From the NCBI GenBank assembly GCA_964016885.1, contig OZ024742.1, positions 70,246,001-70,310,000 on the forward strand: a DNA stretch of 64,000 nucleotides, in the 5' to 3' direction. The DNA comes from Eledone cirrhosa. Lineage: Eukaryota. Made by a program: the position numbers and the translations under genes. Below the pieces are notes generated by a model. It was not told the DNA's origin. It was given only the letters and a program-made list of their open reading frames with translations, and ran no database searches. The stretch's first letter is position 1, and each line of letters starts with the position of its first letter. Positions 1 to 14,569 of the stretch are shown here, in pieces.

Positions 1-511
1 TGGTAGAATATCATCATCATCACTGTCAAGCAACAATAATTACACAACATGTGGTCTGAGAATACAGGTTAGAAAATAAGTTAGAGTTCAGATAAGAATA
101 TAACAGATTTTATTTTACAAGATCAATCAAAGCAAAGTTTACATAAATTTGATGCGAAATGTACGCAAGATATTTTTGTGTTTTACAAAGTCAATTGTGC
201 TGGAGAAAGTGTTTATATATATTTTCTTATTTGTGTGCAAGCAAATAAATGGCTATTATAAAAGAGAAAACTTAAATAAACTTATTTGTATTTAAATTAG
301 TGTAAATTATTCTGTCAAAGCTAAACCAAAGGTGATATCTTAAACAGAAAGAGTACCAAATAAAACAAAACAGCAGTTGCAATTGCCAAAAAGAGACTTA
401 TAGACTATCAGTCTTTGATTGGCTAAAATAACACGTCTGACATTGATCTCATTAACCACCCTCCTTTATATTTGTCTCTGAATCCACCAATTTCTTTTAT
501 TCTGCTTCTAG

Positions 512-619
512 CTGAGTATGCCAAAAGATGAAAGCTATAAACATTTCTGGGTTGATTTTAATTCCACCAGTCAACGTATAACTTTCTACTGTGAGCAGAT
601 TAATGCTGATGAAGATTTT
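512..619 (+). CDS. SYCP2: SYCP2-like exon 1 in window (Spt16M-like domain, FWVDFN)
   Basis: ttctag|CTG...TTT|gtaaga; phase 0-0. Confidence 0.85.
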
Positions 620-3600
620 GTAAGATATTTTTATATTTTATTTACATTAGAGTTGATTAACAGTAATTTATCCTCATTTATTACTAAATTATTGATCTCT
701 AAATAGTAGATTTTTAAAAAATCTTTTTTAGAGTAGGTGGAGCAGTATCAATGTCATTTTTCAGGCTTTCCAAAACCAGTGAGAGGGAAGAAAGTAGCTC
801 CAAACTAAAGATCTGGCTTGAATGCTTGTGACAGAGTGGGCTCTGCTAAAGGCACTTAATATGTAAACAGATTAAGGTTTACTACTTAAATAGGCCACTG
901 TGAGATTTGAACTCAGAATACAAAGTGCGGGAAGAAATACTGTAAGGCATCTTGTCCAGTGCTCTAACAATTCCACTAATCCACTCTACTTCAATTGTAC
1001 ACTAATTTCTCATTGACATATCTTTCTGGATAGTTCACAAATAAAACCTCAAAGTCTCAACAATTACTAGACCTTACTATCTCTGAATAACTTTCTTGGT
1101 AATAGTGTGACTAAAATTGTCAAAACCACATCTCGCTGGCTGGAACAGAAATGTTTCACCACTAATCAGTTACTGATGCTCCACAAAGTAAGATCCACAC
1201 TAGTGTACAGCTCACACAACACGATGCAGACATGACTGAGTGTTAAGAAGTTTGCAAGTTTGACTACACTGCATGGCATCTTAGACAAGTGTCTTTACCA
1301 TAATCTCAGGACAACCCAAGCTTTATAAGTGAAATTGAGCTGGTGGAAACTGGAATTGCATCTGTAATTCAAAGGAATTGTATCTGTAATTCAAAAGTCA
1401 CATATTGTGTCATGGTGATTTGACATGAGAATTATGTTAAGTGTACATGCGTCTGTGGAATACTCAACCACTTACAGATTAATTTATGAGCTGGATGTTC
1501 AGTTGATCAAACAACTGAATGCTCATCTTCAAAACCATTGCTACTCGTACAAACATCCTAAATCCTATCCTAAATAAAGCAAATATTGAATCAGTAATAC
1601 TATGGTTTCTGTTCTTCAGCACTTGCAACTTTGCACCATTACTTCCCCAAGACACACATGACCTACCCATCTCCTTTCCTCCCATCAGAATTACTGAGTC
1701 TCTTCACATTCAACAACTTCAATTCCTTCCTCCCTAGAATGCAACCATCAGGAATTAACTTTTCACCCACAATTTTTCCCACAGATACAAAGCTTCAAAT
1801 GTTATAACCAAACATTAACTGCATCCATCACAACAGTTTGAGAGGATCTTTCAAAAGACAATGGCATTACCCCATTTTCATTAACTTTTTAAAAATATGA
1901 AAAAGATTAGTATTGTTATTGGATGATTAAAATGAAGGGAAAATGCCTTTGTGGTATTTGTTGTGACTCTTTACATTCTCAGATTATTTCCCACTGAGGT
2001 CAATTTTGCTTTCATCCTTCTATGTCAATAACAAAAAGAAGCAGTAAAGCACTAGGGTTGATACAATCAACTTCCCCTACCTCTCAATTGCTGGTCTTGT
2101 GACTAAATTAGAAATCAAGGTGGTGTTCTGATTCAAATCCTGCTAGGATTAGCGTTGCCTTTTATCCTTATGGGATCAATAAAATAAGCACCAGTAACAC
2201 ACTGAGGTTGATTTAATTGACTTTCTTCTCTGCTGCCCCCCCTCCCAAATTGTTGGCCTTGTGCCTAAATCAAAAACCATTATTATTGTTTTTGCTGTTG
2301 TGGTTGATATTATTATTCATCTATCCATTTTTCCATGCTTGCATGGGTTAGATAACTCTTTCTCCAATACAGCATCTCTCCACTTGTCCCTTTCCTTTGT
2401 CATTTCCTTCTGTCCACATCTTCCTTGGTCTTCCTCTTCCGTGGCTTCCTTCCATCTGGAACTGCTGGCACTGCTTTACCCAACAATCATCATTCATACG
2501 AGCACAATATTCTCTCCTGCATGCAATATTTGATTCCTCGTATGCCCAGTTTTTCTCTGAGCTCATCTGTGCTTCATCATTCATACACAATAACATTACA
2601 CATCTAATATCCTACAATGGAGTGTATTTGGTGGCAAAACTAGGTAGGTACACTCTCATCAATCACCAACATCTCCTAAATTTAGAAGAAGACTATTTCA
2701 CTGACTGCTAAATGATCATTCACACAAATATTCTCTAATCTTTGGCCCCCCTTTATACAGTTGTCCCCTGGTATTCACAGGTATTGTGTTCTTAGAGCAC
2801 CAGAGAAGAGTGAAAAACTGCGAATATTGGACATAATCCATAAAAATGCCTATAAATGTCAAAATATAACGTAAAATATAATTAAAAAAAAGGAGGGGCA
2901 TCTTATGCAAAGGGGCATTTAATATGCCAGCAAATACGGTATATTGTTATTAATAATTTATTGTTAAAAAAATATATATTGCCACAAAAAAAATCATAGA
3001 AGCTATTCATGATTCCACAAATATGTGGTGGTTTCCACAAACAATCATTAGTTAGGTTCTAAGGAAAATTCCATGAATAATCGGGACCACGAACGCCAGA
3101 GGTTCACTGTATTCCTATTCACAACTCATTCAACCCATGTTTCCCTTCAATAAATCTCTCTGCTTCACAATTAATGAACAGACTCCATTTTGCACCTGTC
3201 ATTATTGACATCACCAATGTCCTCAATCCCAGGACTTATGCTTTCCTCTGCCTAACTGGGATGAAGTCATCATACCAGAGTTTAGTGAGATACTGGATTG
3301 TATGAATGTAACAAGGAGACATGGTTTGGCGGAAAACTGGGTTGTATGAATGTAACAATGGGAGACATGGTTTGTGTGTATAATATTTAATCAACAATTT
3401 AACAGTATAGTTGACATGTCAATGAATAAACGAAAGAATGAAGCAAAGTTAGTAGTTACCGTTTTGATTGCCAGGCAAACGCAGCTGGCAGAAGACGCCT
3501 GGCGAAGGCCAGGCGCCGGAAGGGCAAATGAGAGAGTGAGAACTTAAAGTTGTTAGTTTTATAGGGTTCTGACCGGAAGTTACAGAAAGGGTTCTACTTC

Positions 3601-6600
3601 CTGTCTAGATGGTGTTAATCTATTGGGGTTGTGAGTGTCACAACCAGGGAGACAACTCCTGCTACATAACCTCCCGCCAGAATTTTAGAATATAAAAATC
3701 GAATGAAATATGTATGCAGCAGGTTGGCGAGAATGTTGTAACAGGCATGAAAATTACGACTAAAAAATAATGTTTGCAAAAATCAATGATAGATATCAAG
3801 GTAGCCAACCGCTCTTGGCCAGAGAACGACTGGACATCTATCTATCCATCACCCAAAGATACAATGTAACAAAGTAAGAGAAGAGCTCAAAGTTCAAATG
3901 TACAAAATATAGTTCACAGGTGTGCAATCACATGACAGCAGGAAAGAAAGTGTGTTCCAGAGAATGAATGCAGGTGGTTTCTGTTCTGTGGTATATCGTG
4001 AAATTTCCAACCTCCGAATGGATTTTCTCACAGGAAGAATGCTGCAAAAATAAATTCTCTGGCTTGTTCTGCTGGTTTTGGTTGTTCGTGAAGCTGTGTT
4101 GCTGTTGATGTTGTTGTCTCGCGGAGTGAGCGTATTCGGTGTTTAAATTCACAGTAAAAAAATTTTTTTTTTTTTTTCGGACAAAATGAGTTGCGCAAAG
4201 TGCTAGAAATAACAGCCGAAGTTGATGGTCGATGTTGAGAATGCGTTGACCTGGAAGGGTCAAGAGGCCAGCGACCAAAGAATTAAGCATTCTGAATAAA
4301 TGCGCAGTTTTCAACGGCAAATTTACGTGGTAAATTTTTAAACCGGCAAATAGGAGAATATAGCTTAAGGCTGAAGAATCCTTGGCGAGAAACGTTATCT
4401 CTGGCGTGCGGCTATCTCTGTGAGTCGAGATATCTCCGTGAGTTGAGAATTTGTGCTGCCTACACGTGCCAATACAAGGTTAAGTTAGGTTGAAAAAATA
4501 ATATTTCTAACGCGCGAGAAAATGATAGTGCAAGTGTGAAAGTGACAATGATGAAAAAGAAAGGCTTCACTTAGCATAATTATTGGTGTGAACTTTTAAA
4601 AAAAAAAACTTGAACGATGAAGAAAACGATGAAAAAAAAGGCAATGGTTCATCGAAAATAAATGTTCCTGTTGAAATGTTTTAAAAAAAAAAAAATATCA
4701 AATTTCTTTTTTTTTTTGTTTTGAAAGTGTTCGTTGTAAGAAACGAGAAACATATATATATATCGTGAAATGCGACAGTTAGTTGATGCGTGAGAGAAAA
4801 AGTCTGTCTGAACGCGAATTTCACATATGCGTGGTGTGTTCGTTTCTTGGAGAAACATATATATATATACAGCAAACTGCAACAGTTAGTGGATGCATGA
4901 AGGAAAAAGAGTGTCTGCACGAAAGTTTCGCATGTGCGTGTGTGCGTTTCTTTGACTGAGTATGTTCATAGTTTGTCAATAAATTTGCTGTGTATTCGTA
5001 ATGTTACTCACACAACACCAGATTCTGCTATTTTTTTCTTTTTTGGGGGTGACCACTTATAACAATGAACGGCTGCGTGTTCGTATCACGTCAGGGTTAC
5101 CAATATAGCGATGAATGGTTGCGTGTTCGTATCACGTTGGGGTCACCAATTATAGCGAGATACTGGGTTGTATGAATGTAACAAGGAGACATGGTTTGGC
5201 GGAAAACTGGGTTGTATGAATGTAACAATGGGAGACATGGTTTGTGTGTATAATATTTAATCAACAATTTAACAGTATAGTTGACATGTCAATGAATAAA
5301 CGAAAGAATGAAGCAAAGTTAGTAGTTACCGTTTTGATTGCCAGGCAAACGCAGCTGGCAGAAGACACCTGGCGAAGGCCAGGCGCTGGAAGGGCAAATG
5401 AGAGAGTGAGAACTTAAAGTTGTTAGTTTTATAGGGTTCTGACCGGAAGTTACAGAAAGGGTTCTACTTCCTGTCTAGATGGTGTTAATCTATTGGGGTT
5501 GTGAGTGTCACAACCAGGGAGACAACTCCTGCTACAAGAGAAAGGAGCCTTGTAAGGCAAAATGACTGATGCAGTGTATATTGATGGCTGTTCTTCATGG
5601 TAATGCTTTTGCATTTTGTCTGTAATGCATAACTAAGATGTGTTGTTCAACCAAGGGTGTAGAGTATGCTTTTTATTATTTGTTCCCCTTTTTCTTTTTC
5701 ATTTTTTCTTCTTTGTTTTCATATTTTGCAATGTATCTTTGAAAAACTTATTACAATTAGTTGTTCATGGAAACTATTAAAAGATCTGTAAGACAGTAAT
5801 TCTTTCTTTTTCTCTAATTCTTTATTTTCTTAGGATTTTGATGATGATGTATGGGAAACTGTTAACATTTGTAAAGAAGATGTAATGGAAATTCTAACTG
5901 AAGGTAAGGATTTACCATTTTCTATGTATTTTACTATCATATATTGTTTTTTTTATTTTTTATTTTTGTTTTCACCAAACTTTCTCTTTAGGATTTTTTT
6001 GTCTACCACTATTACCCTGAATCTGTTGTACTGCAGTTTTCAAACGTTCCGTTGTCCACAGATATCTCTCTTCTCTCTTACGCTTCACACTCTCCCACAC
6101 CCCCCTCTCTCTCTTTCTCTCTCTCTATATATATATAGGCACCTCTTAACAAAATACACCCCGTCCCACTACCCCCACCCCATCCACACCACCCTTTCGA
6201 TGTAAAGTTATGTTGGTACCACAACATCCAGTCCTAAATAAATGAGGTCGTGTAGGTGTCACGATAAAAAAACACACAATCCACGCTGTAATGTGGCCAT
6301 GTAGGTAACATGATAAAAACCTCCCAGTTCACACTGTAAACGTGGTTGGTGTTAGGAAGGGCATCCAGCCGTAGAAAACCCGCCAGACAGTCCTATACGA
6401 GCAAGACAACCAATCTTGCCTCAAGTGGGACAATTCCCGTCCAAACCCATGCTAGAGTGGAAGATGGACGTTAAACGATGATGATGATGATGATGATGAT
6501 GATATATATCTTTGCAAATTCCATCACATCTAAACATGTAGATATATCACAACAAAATACTCTTTTTAATGCTTAGGATTATATTTCTGTGAACTCTGTA

Positions 6601-9600
6601 AAATAGATAATATAAGGTTATATAATAGATAATATATGTTGTTTACTCGAGAGAAGGCTACGTTGGTACGGTCACGTGATGCGCATGAAAGACGACAGCT
6701 GTATAACAAAGTGCAGGGCAATAAAGATAGACGGTAGCCACGGAGTAGGCAGACCCAGAAAAACATGGGACGAGCTGATAAATTCCGACCTCACACGCTT
6801 ACACCTCTCCAAGACAATGTCACTGGACCGAGACCTTTGGCGGTACTCAGTAATAGAGAAGACCCGCCTTACCTAAATACAAAGTAAAAACCTACTACAG
6901 TCAGTAGGCATCTCTATCAAAACACCCCCCCCCCCCCCCGTCCCACCACCTCCACCCCATCCACACCGCCCCTTTCAATGTAAAGTTATGTTGGTCCCAC
7001 AACATCCAGGCCGAAACAAATGAGGTTGTGTAGGTGTCACGACAAAAAAACACACAGTCCACGCTGTAAATGTGGCCGTGTAGGCAACACGGTAAAAACC
7101 TCCCAACCCCACACTGTAAATGTGGTTGCTGTTAGGAAGGGCATCCAGCTGTAGAAAACCCGCCAGACAGTCCACGCTGTAATGTGGCCGTGTAGGCAAC
7201 ACGGTAAAAACCTCCCAGCCCCACACTGTAAATGTGGTTGGTGTTAGGAAGGGCATCCAACTGTAGAAAACCCGCCAGACAGTCCTATGCGAGCAAGACA
7301 ACCACTCTTGCCTCAAGTGGGAAAACCCCCGTCCAAACCCATGCAAGCGTGGAACACGGACGCTAAACCTGATGATGATGATGATGATGATGAAGGTTCC
7401 ATTGCATTCCATGGCTAAAATAGATGGGTAATTAGCAGTTTGTCTCCGTGTTGGTACTTATCCACTTGAATTCTAATGCTATGTGGAGATTGCTTTCCCT
7501 GCTTCCATCACATATCAGCCCATACAACACGACCAACATACCAACTAACATTCTACTAAACATTCTTGGTTGTTGTTGTTTTTTTCTAGTGTCTAATACT
7601 GAGGATTTGAGCATAGTCTTCCTGTTTTTTCCATCACAAAAAGAAATTTTACCAGGATATACTCTCAAAAAGGACTCTGTCATGAAAATGGCATTCCAAG
7701 ACAAAGAAGCTGTCTTTAAGGCAGTTCAGGAAATTTTCTCTGTAAGTATTGATATAAATCAAAGAGAGAAATATTATTTTACAATTCATTCTTATACATG
7801 ATACATAAATCTTCATCAATTTGTTATCCTCGCTAATTAATTTATATCTTTATCCAATGGTGAACTGCTGAAAGTTTAACAATTTGTTCACTGAGCTACA
7901 AAAATGTTATCTACGGGTTCTGCATTCAGTTGTAAAATTTCTCTTTATTAATATAATAGTAAAATGAAGTGCAAATAGGCATAGCCAAATGGTTAAGAAA
8001 TTTGATTCACAATCCCAGAGTTCTGGGCTCAATCCCATTGCATGACATCTTGGGAAAATGTCTTCACCATAGTTCCAGGTTAACCCAAACCTTGTGACAT
8101 AAACTGTGTGGAAGCCTGTCAGGGGAATTATACTTGTTATTCGAAGGTCCATCTTTGTTACATACTGTGTTCCCTTGTTTTAGCCTTAGAACTATACATT
8201 GTCTATAAAATGTTTCAATTAATTTTGAAAATAACCAAAAATTAGGGGAAATTCAATAAAATAACTAAGGTTTTTCATTAGTAAGCTGTTATTTAGAACA
8301 TTACTCAACAAAAATTGGAAGGTTTCAATATAAGGGTCAATATTTTAAAATGAGCAGTTTTGTATCATAAATCCAGTGCAATTTCAAACAGTTAAATTAT
8401 TATAGAGAGGAGGGAATGAGGCAGAGGTAAAGCAGTAGAAAGTGGTTATGGGAACATATATGCACACACACAATTACACTGATATACAATAGCATACACA
8501 TATATTTATATGTGGATGATTATGTATCTATATAGCATACTATATAGATACATATCATCCACATATAAATATTCATGTACACTTCCTTGCTGTCATCACA
8601 GTAAATAAACTTTACCAACTTTCCAAACTTAATATATAGAAAATATTACACAGCAACTTTCAATTCAAAACATTAAAGGGCTAACTGAAATGTTATGGCA
8701 AGCAGATGGAGTCAATTATTTGAATCTGTAGATCGATTGATATAACTTTGCTAAGCATCCAGCAAAAAGTGCTAACAACCAGTTCTTATTTAAAAAAGAT
8801 GTTAGCACCTAGTTTGTGCAAACCAGTGAGAACCAGGTCAAGCTCACCATTGCATTTACCTAATTATCCTTGTGGAGTTTTTTTTCAGAACCCAAAATGT
8901 TCAGTGGCACAGATATCAATTCCTGTCAATGATGGCTATAAGGCGGACTCACATCATCAAATAGATGTGAAGAAAAATCGTTATGAGCAAAGTAACATTT
9001 TGAATGTATGTATAGCAATAATTTAATATGTCATCTTCTCTGTAGCCAGAAATGAATGTGCAGTATTATGTTGTAATGTTGTACTTTAGTTTAGTGTACT
9101 TCTTATAGTTTCTCTTCTTTAGTTTCTAGATCATGGAAATGTTTAAGTTAGATAACATACAAACACTGCCTGTATATAACTGTGTTTTATTAGAGTCAGT
9201 GAATCAACCTCTATGTGGTCATTTGGCCTTTTATAAATAACAGCAACTCTTCCTCAAATCATATTCAACTATCCTTTAAAAAAGTTGTATTCCGGAATAT
9301 TGTAGTCCTAGAAAAACTATGCGAAAATAAAGATGAAATAGTTATAGCATGAATGCTTCTTGCTGGATCAGGGTTTGCCTAGAGCTAAATAATTTTAATT
9401 AAAATTAGATATAGCACTGCCCTTAAGTTCATATTAGGTTTCAACAAAATGTTATACTTTTATATAATTAGTTCATCACTTATTGGTTAGAACATTGGGC
9501 TTACAATCGTGAGGTTGTGAGTTCGATTCCTGGATCAAGCAATGTGTTACATCCTTGAGGAAGACACTTCATTTCATGTTGCTCCAGTTCAGACAGATGT

Positions 9601-12600
9601 AGAAATGAGTTGTAATGCCACTGGTGCCAAGCTGTGTTGGCCATTGCCTTTCCCTTGGATAACATTGATGGTGTGGGGAGGGGAGACTGGTATACAGGGT
9701 GACTGCTAGTCTTCCACAAAAACACTTTGCCCAGACTTTATCTCAGAGAGGAACTTTCTAGGTGCAAATCCCATGATATTCAGGACCAAAGAAGTCTTTA
9801 CCCTTTTAATCTCTTTTAACTTTCTCCACTTCTTATATACAGTCTCTTCCTTGAAGACACTTTTCTAGATATAATTTAATCTTTGAAATAGCTACATTTC
9901 ACTCATTGGATATCTTATCTTTTCTAAGCAAAAGGAAATTGGGTGACATGGTTTCAGGTTCAGTGCCACTATGAAACACCTTCAGCAAGTACCTTGTCTA
10001 TAACCTTAGACTGACTTATGACTTGTGAGTGAAATTTGGTAGAGAGAAACTGAGCAAAAGCCCATCATATATATATATATATGTGTTTATATGTCTGTGC
10101 CTGTCCATATCCATGTTTGTTTATTTCCCATAAGTACCAGACTTGTAAAAAATAAGTACTGCAGTTTGATATGGAGACTAAATCCCTTTAAGGAGGTGCC
10201 CAGCATAGCTGCCATCTAATGACTAAAAACAATAAAAGAATAAAAGAAAAAGAAAAGGAATTTTGAACTGGAAAAACAAAAAACAAAAAGAAACAAACAT
10301 TTTTCATATCTTCGCCCAGTTATCTTTGCAAGGGTAAGACGAAATACACAGTGAACAGCTGCTATTTTGAATGCTTAGCTACATAGGTAATTAAAAAAAA
10401 TTTTTTAATTGTGTGTCAGATAGAGAGGAAAGACAAATGGTTGTGCTCAGTATGTAATTATATGGCCATGTGTTTACAGTTTGCTGAAATATAGAGAGAC
10501 TCAAAGATGATTAGTACTAGGAAAACAAATAGACTTACAATGGAAGATGTTAAAAAAACACTGAAATTTAAGTTCAATCATCCTTCCATGATAAACTATT
10601 CTCATCTCCTGCTAACAATTTGAAAGCTTCAGCTTGTTTCACTCCTCAATTGGTCATATATCTATGACATATTCTTGTACATATCTCCTAATATGATATT
10701 AAATATTTGATAATTCAGTAATCATAACTCAGTGAAAGACTGATTAACTGACTTTACAGATATGTAATAATGAAGAGATGCTGCTTAGTTATACCAATGT
10801 GTTTATGTGTAAACACTAATATATATATCAGCAGAAGGGAATAAATAAGAGGAACCATTATCCATGTGGTAGAAAATGGTATAGTGGGTGAGAATGATGG
10901 ATTAAGGGTGAATTATAATAATGGATTTAAATTCAAATGAAACCAAATTAAATATCTTACTCTAATATGAAATCAAAGTGACAAGAATTAATCGTAGCAC
11001 ATCGAAAATAAATCCCAGTAACATGGTCGCTTGACCTGCTAGAAATAGCAGCCAAATCTCATTCAAATCACATGCTACCAAATTTTGAAAATATAGGATG
11101 GCTGGATCGTCCTAGTTCGTAAGTTTGTTTAAGTAAGTAGTTCAATTACTGTTTATTTGAGCATAGACAACAACAAATAGTTTACTTTTTAATTTTATGT
11201 ATAAATGTATTTCAGGAATCTTTTAGTTCTTCGCACACCAAGAGCTCAAGGAAATGTTCTATTCCAAGTGATGCTATGACACCATTTTTGCTAAAACAAG
11301 AACCACAAACAAAAGCTCTGAATATGAATACATCCAAACCAGCTAAAGGTTTCACTAACATTACTAAAACAAATGCAGTTAATGCGTCCCAGTCGTCCAA
11401 AAATGCTGACAAAAGAAAGACAAACTCACCAAAAGTACAGAGCAAACATGAAGTATTCACTAAAAGAAATTCTCAAGGTAAATTATTGGTTTCGTATTTC
11501 AGATTGAACATATAAACACATGGGGGAAACAGCTATTTAAAGCAATATAAATAATGAACCATTTTGATACCAAACCACATGAAACTGGCCCTGGTTCTAC
11601 CATACAAATCAATTTATTTTAAAGTATTCGTCATCATCATTATTTAAAATCTGTTTTCCCTGCTAAAAATCTGTCAATATTTTATGTAAGAACCATTGTT
11701 AAGTTATGCTTCAAAGACCACCTTAATAATGAGAAGGTTAGTTATACTATTAAATCTCTCTAAATTCTTGATTATTTTCAAATTTATTTGAAAATCATAG
11801 GCTGTATAATTCATTATAAATGGGGTAATGAAAGTGTTAATGTAAAAAAGAGTGGATATGGTATACCCACTTACCTACTGACCCACTGTATCCTATTTTC
11901 CTAAAATATTTTATACCTAATCTCCTTTTAAGTAAACTGAGGTGTGTATTAATGGGTAATAAATGCACTTTATGGGGAAGATAATTATTTCTTTATATAT
12001 TTTGATGCCATCTCAACACTTTCTCAACCCATCTCTTCCCCCACACACTTGTCATATACACATGACATCTAACTTGTCACTCCCCTCCCACCTTTTGTCA
12101 CCCAAGATACATTTATCATTCTTTTTACCTCCCCATCCTATTTCCACCTTACACTCCCCCTTCCCTTAGTATTTGACTGACAATTTCCCTAGTGCTGGTG
12201 CCATAATAAATCATACCCAACACATTCTGTAAAGAGGTTAGTACTAGGAAGGGGTCCAACCAAGACAAAGAAGGATCGAGAGGACTTTTCAGTTGTGTCA
12301 AGGGTGTTGGTGATCTACACAATAAATGCACCCAGTGCACTCTGTTGTTGATAGGAAGGACATCTAGCCACAGAAGACCTGCCAAACAAAGGGTTGGAAG
12401 GACTCTTCAGTAGTGTTGAAGACACAGCAATCACCTTAATGCTGGTACTAAAATAAAATGTATTCAGTAGAGTGCTATAATGTATATGTGATGTACAGGT
12501 CCCCTCACCAGCCTTCTGACAAGTAAAATGCACCCAGTGCACTCAATAGTGTGTAGGAGTGTATGTAAACACAATGCAAATCCCTGATCCCATCTGAGAG

Positions 12601-14512
12601 ATCAGTAGCTTTATTTACATACTAACTTGATCCATGATGACTGGTTCAACTCTTACTGGCAGGGAAAAACATGTTAAATGATATGATGATATAAAAGTTC
12701 TTCAGCGTATGTATATTTATTTATATAGTATTTATTTCATTATATCTTAAGTAAAATTATTAGAGTTCCAGACTGAATGCTTAACAGTGCCTAATTTTTC
12801 CATGCATCTCTTTGGGAGTTGATAATATAATATCAGTAATATACTAGGTTCAATTGAACCAATTATATCATTCTTTTATAAAGTTGTGGAATTGAGCCAA
12901 TATAAGAGATCATTATAGTACAAGCAGAGGGTTTCTTTTTTAAATTGTCTTTATTAAGAAATTATGATTCATATGAAAATATTTTGAAATATATCTTGTT
13001 GAAATTTAATTTTCTAATATTTATAGAACTAAAGAAAAAAGATGAAAACAAAACAACTGTTACCCAACCCAACAACTCTCTTGCTTCAAATTGTCCCAAA
13101 ACAAAACTAACCACTACTAAAAGTACACAAATGTTAAGCTTATCTGCTAAAAAGCCCCCCAAAAAACAGTCATTGAAGACAGATGAAAAACCTCCAACTA
13201 CTAGAAGATCCACTAGATTTTCAACTAAATGCCAGGATCCTTCTCCATCTTTAGGAAAAGATGCTCCTCTAAAATCTCCTGTTAAGAATACCCCAAAACA
13301 ACTTCATTCAAAGAGTAGAGATAATAACATGATGATAAGCCAAGATTCCAATTCAGATTTTGTAATAGCTTCCACTGCAAAAAATGCTGACAATAAAAAT
13401 AAGAATGCAGCTTTACCACCCTCAAAAGCAGATGAAAGAATAAAACCTGTCATATCAACTCCTCTTTTGGATATTCCAAATATTTCCTACAGCAAGAAAA
13501 AAAGAGAAAAAGAGAGAACTCCTAATACAAGAAGTAACTCTGTTCTAACATCAATGGAAACTACAAAAGCCAACCTTGACCAGACTGACATATCAATATC
13601 TCAGTTTGGAAACAACAAATGTAAGCTTACCAAAACAAATTTATTTTTTTTAATTGCCACATTCATTTTGAAATAGTTATAAATTTTGTAGTCTGAAGTC
13701 AAGTTTTGCAAAATATTCTTCATAATGTTAGTGTATCATTATAAGAACTTGTTTTCTATCTATAGTCATTAGTACTCCTGGTCCTATTTGCTGGAGTATT
13801 TCTGGTTAAACCATCAAGCTCTGCTTACATTACCATCATGTGTTGGAGTGGATATGAATACATTTGGCCAGTCAATCAGCTGGTTATGGTCTCTTCAATG
13901 ATGTGTTAATCTTGCAGATGTTAATGACATAAGGGCTCCTCTGTGGTCGTTTTATATTAATTAAAAATAGCTGTTCAATGCTCATTCAAGACAAAGTAAG
14001 TTCACAAACCTGTTTAAATGTTCAATTGGAAATATTTCACTTCACCCAAGCTTTGTGAAAGACATAAACACCATAACTCCCCATTTTAATTCATAAGATT
14101 GTAGTTTTATTACTAAAAAAATGTTTAATTAGCATTAAATACCTTAGTAATTAATTTAAGTCTTGATTATATTTCTTAATCATGTTTTATTATCTATATT
14201 CATTCTTCTAAATGCTATAGAGTTTATTAATTCTCAGCTGGACACTGAAGGTTTTCATTTTCACATTATTCTTCTATGTGTCTTTTATTAGCTTACAAAA
14301 TAAAGATATTTCTTATTATTCATTATATCACCATTCATTTCCAGCCCAAACAGCTGCTGCTAAAAACACATCTAATAAGACAAGGCTGAGATCATTTGAT
14401 AACTTAAACTTTCTCCCAGAAAAGTATCCACTTCACAAAGACAACCCCAGTAAGATATACACAATATATATATAAACTTCACTTCATGTATGATGTGCTC
14501 AGTTCTTTTGTT

Positions 14513-14569
<57 letters not shown>

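Noticed and set aside
122-160. Additional upstream SYCP2 exon
   Set aside because: AG and GT are present, but there is no motif similarity and no convincing phase fit to exon 1.
2770-3111. Intact Tigger/pogo MITEs
   Set aside because: Only single TIR-like ends (AAATACGGTA, GAGGTTCACTGTA) are visible; partner ends not found.
3928-4320. 130-aa ORF inside the LTR element
   Set aside because: Crosses a homopolymer tract and has no recognisable domain; at most a pol 3' remnant.
5064-5148. tRNA-Trp gene
   Set aside because: Only 3' halves with encoded CCA; no D arm or anticodon arm.
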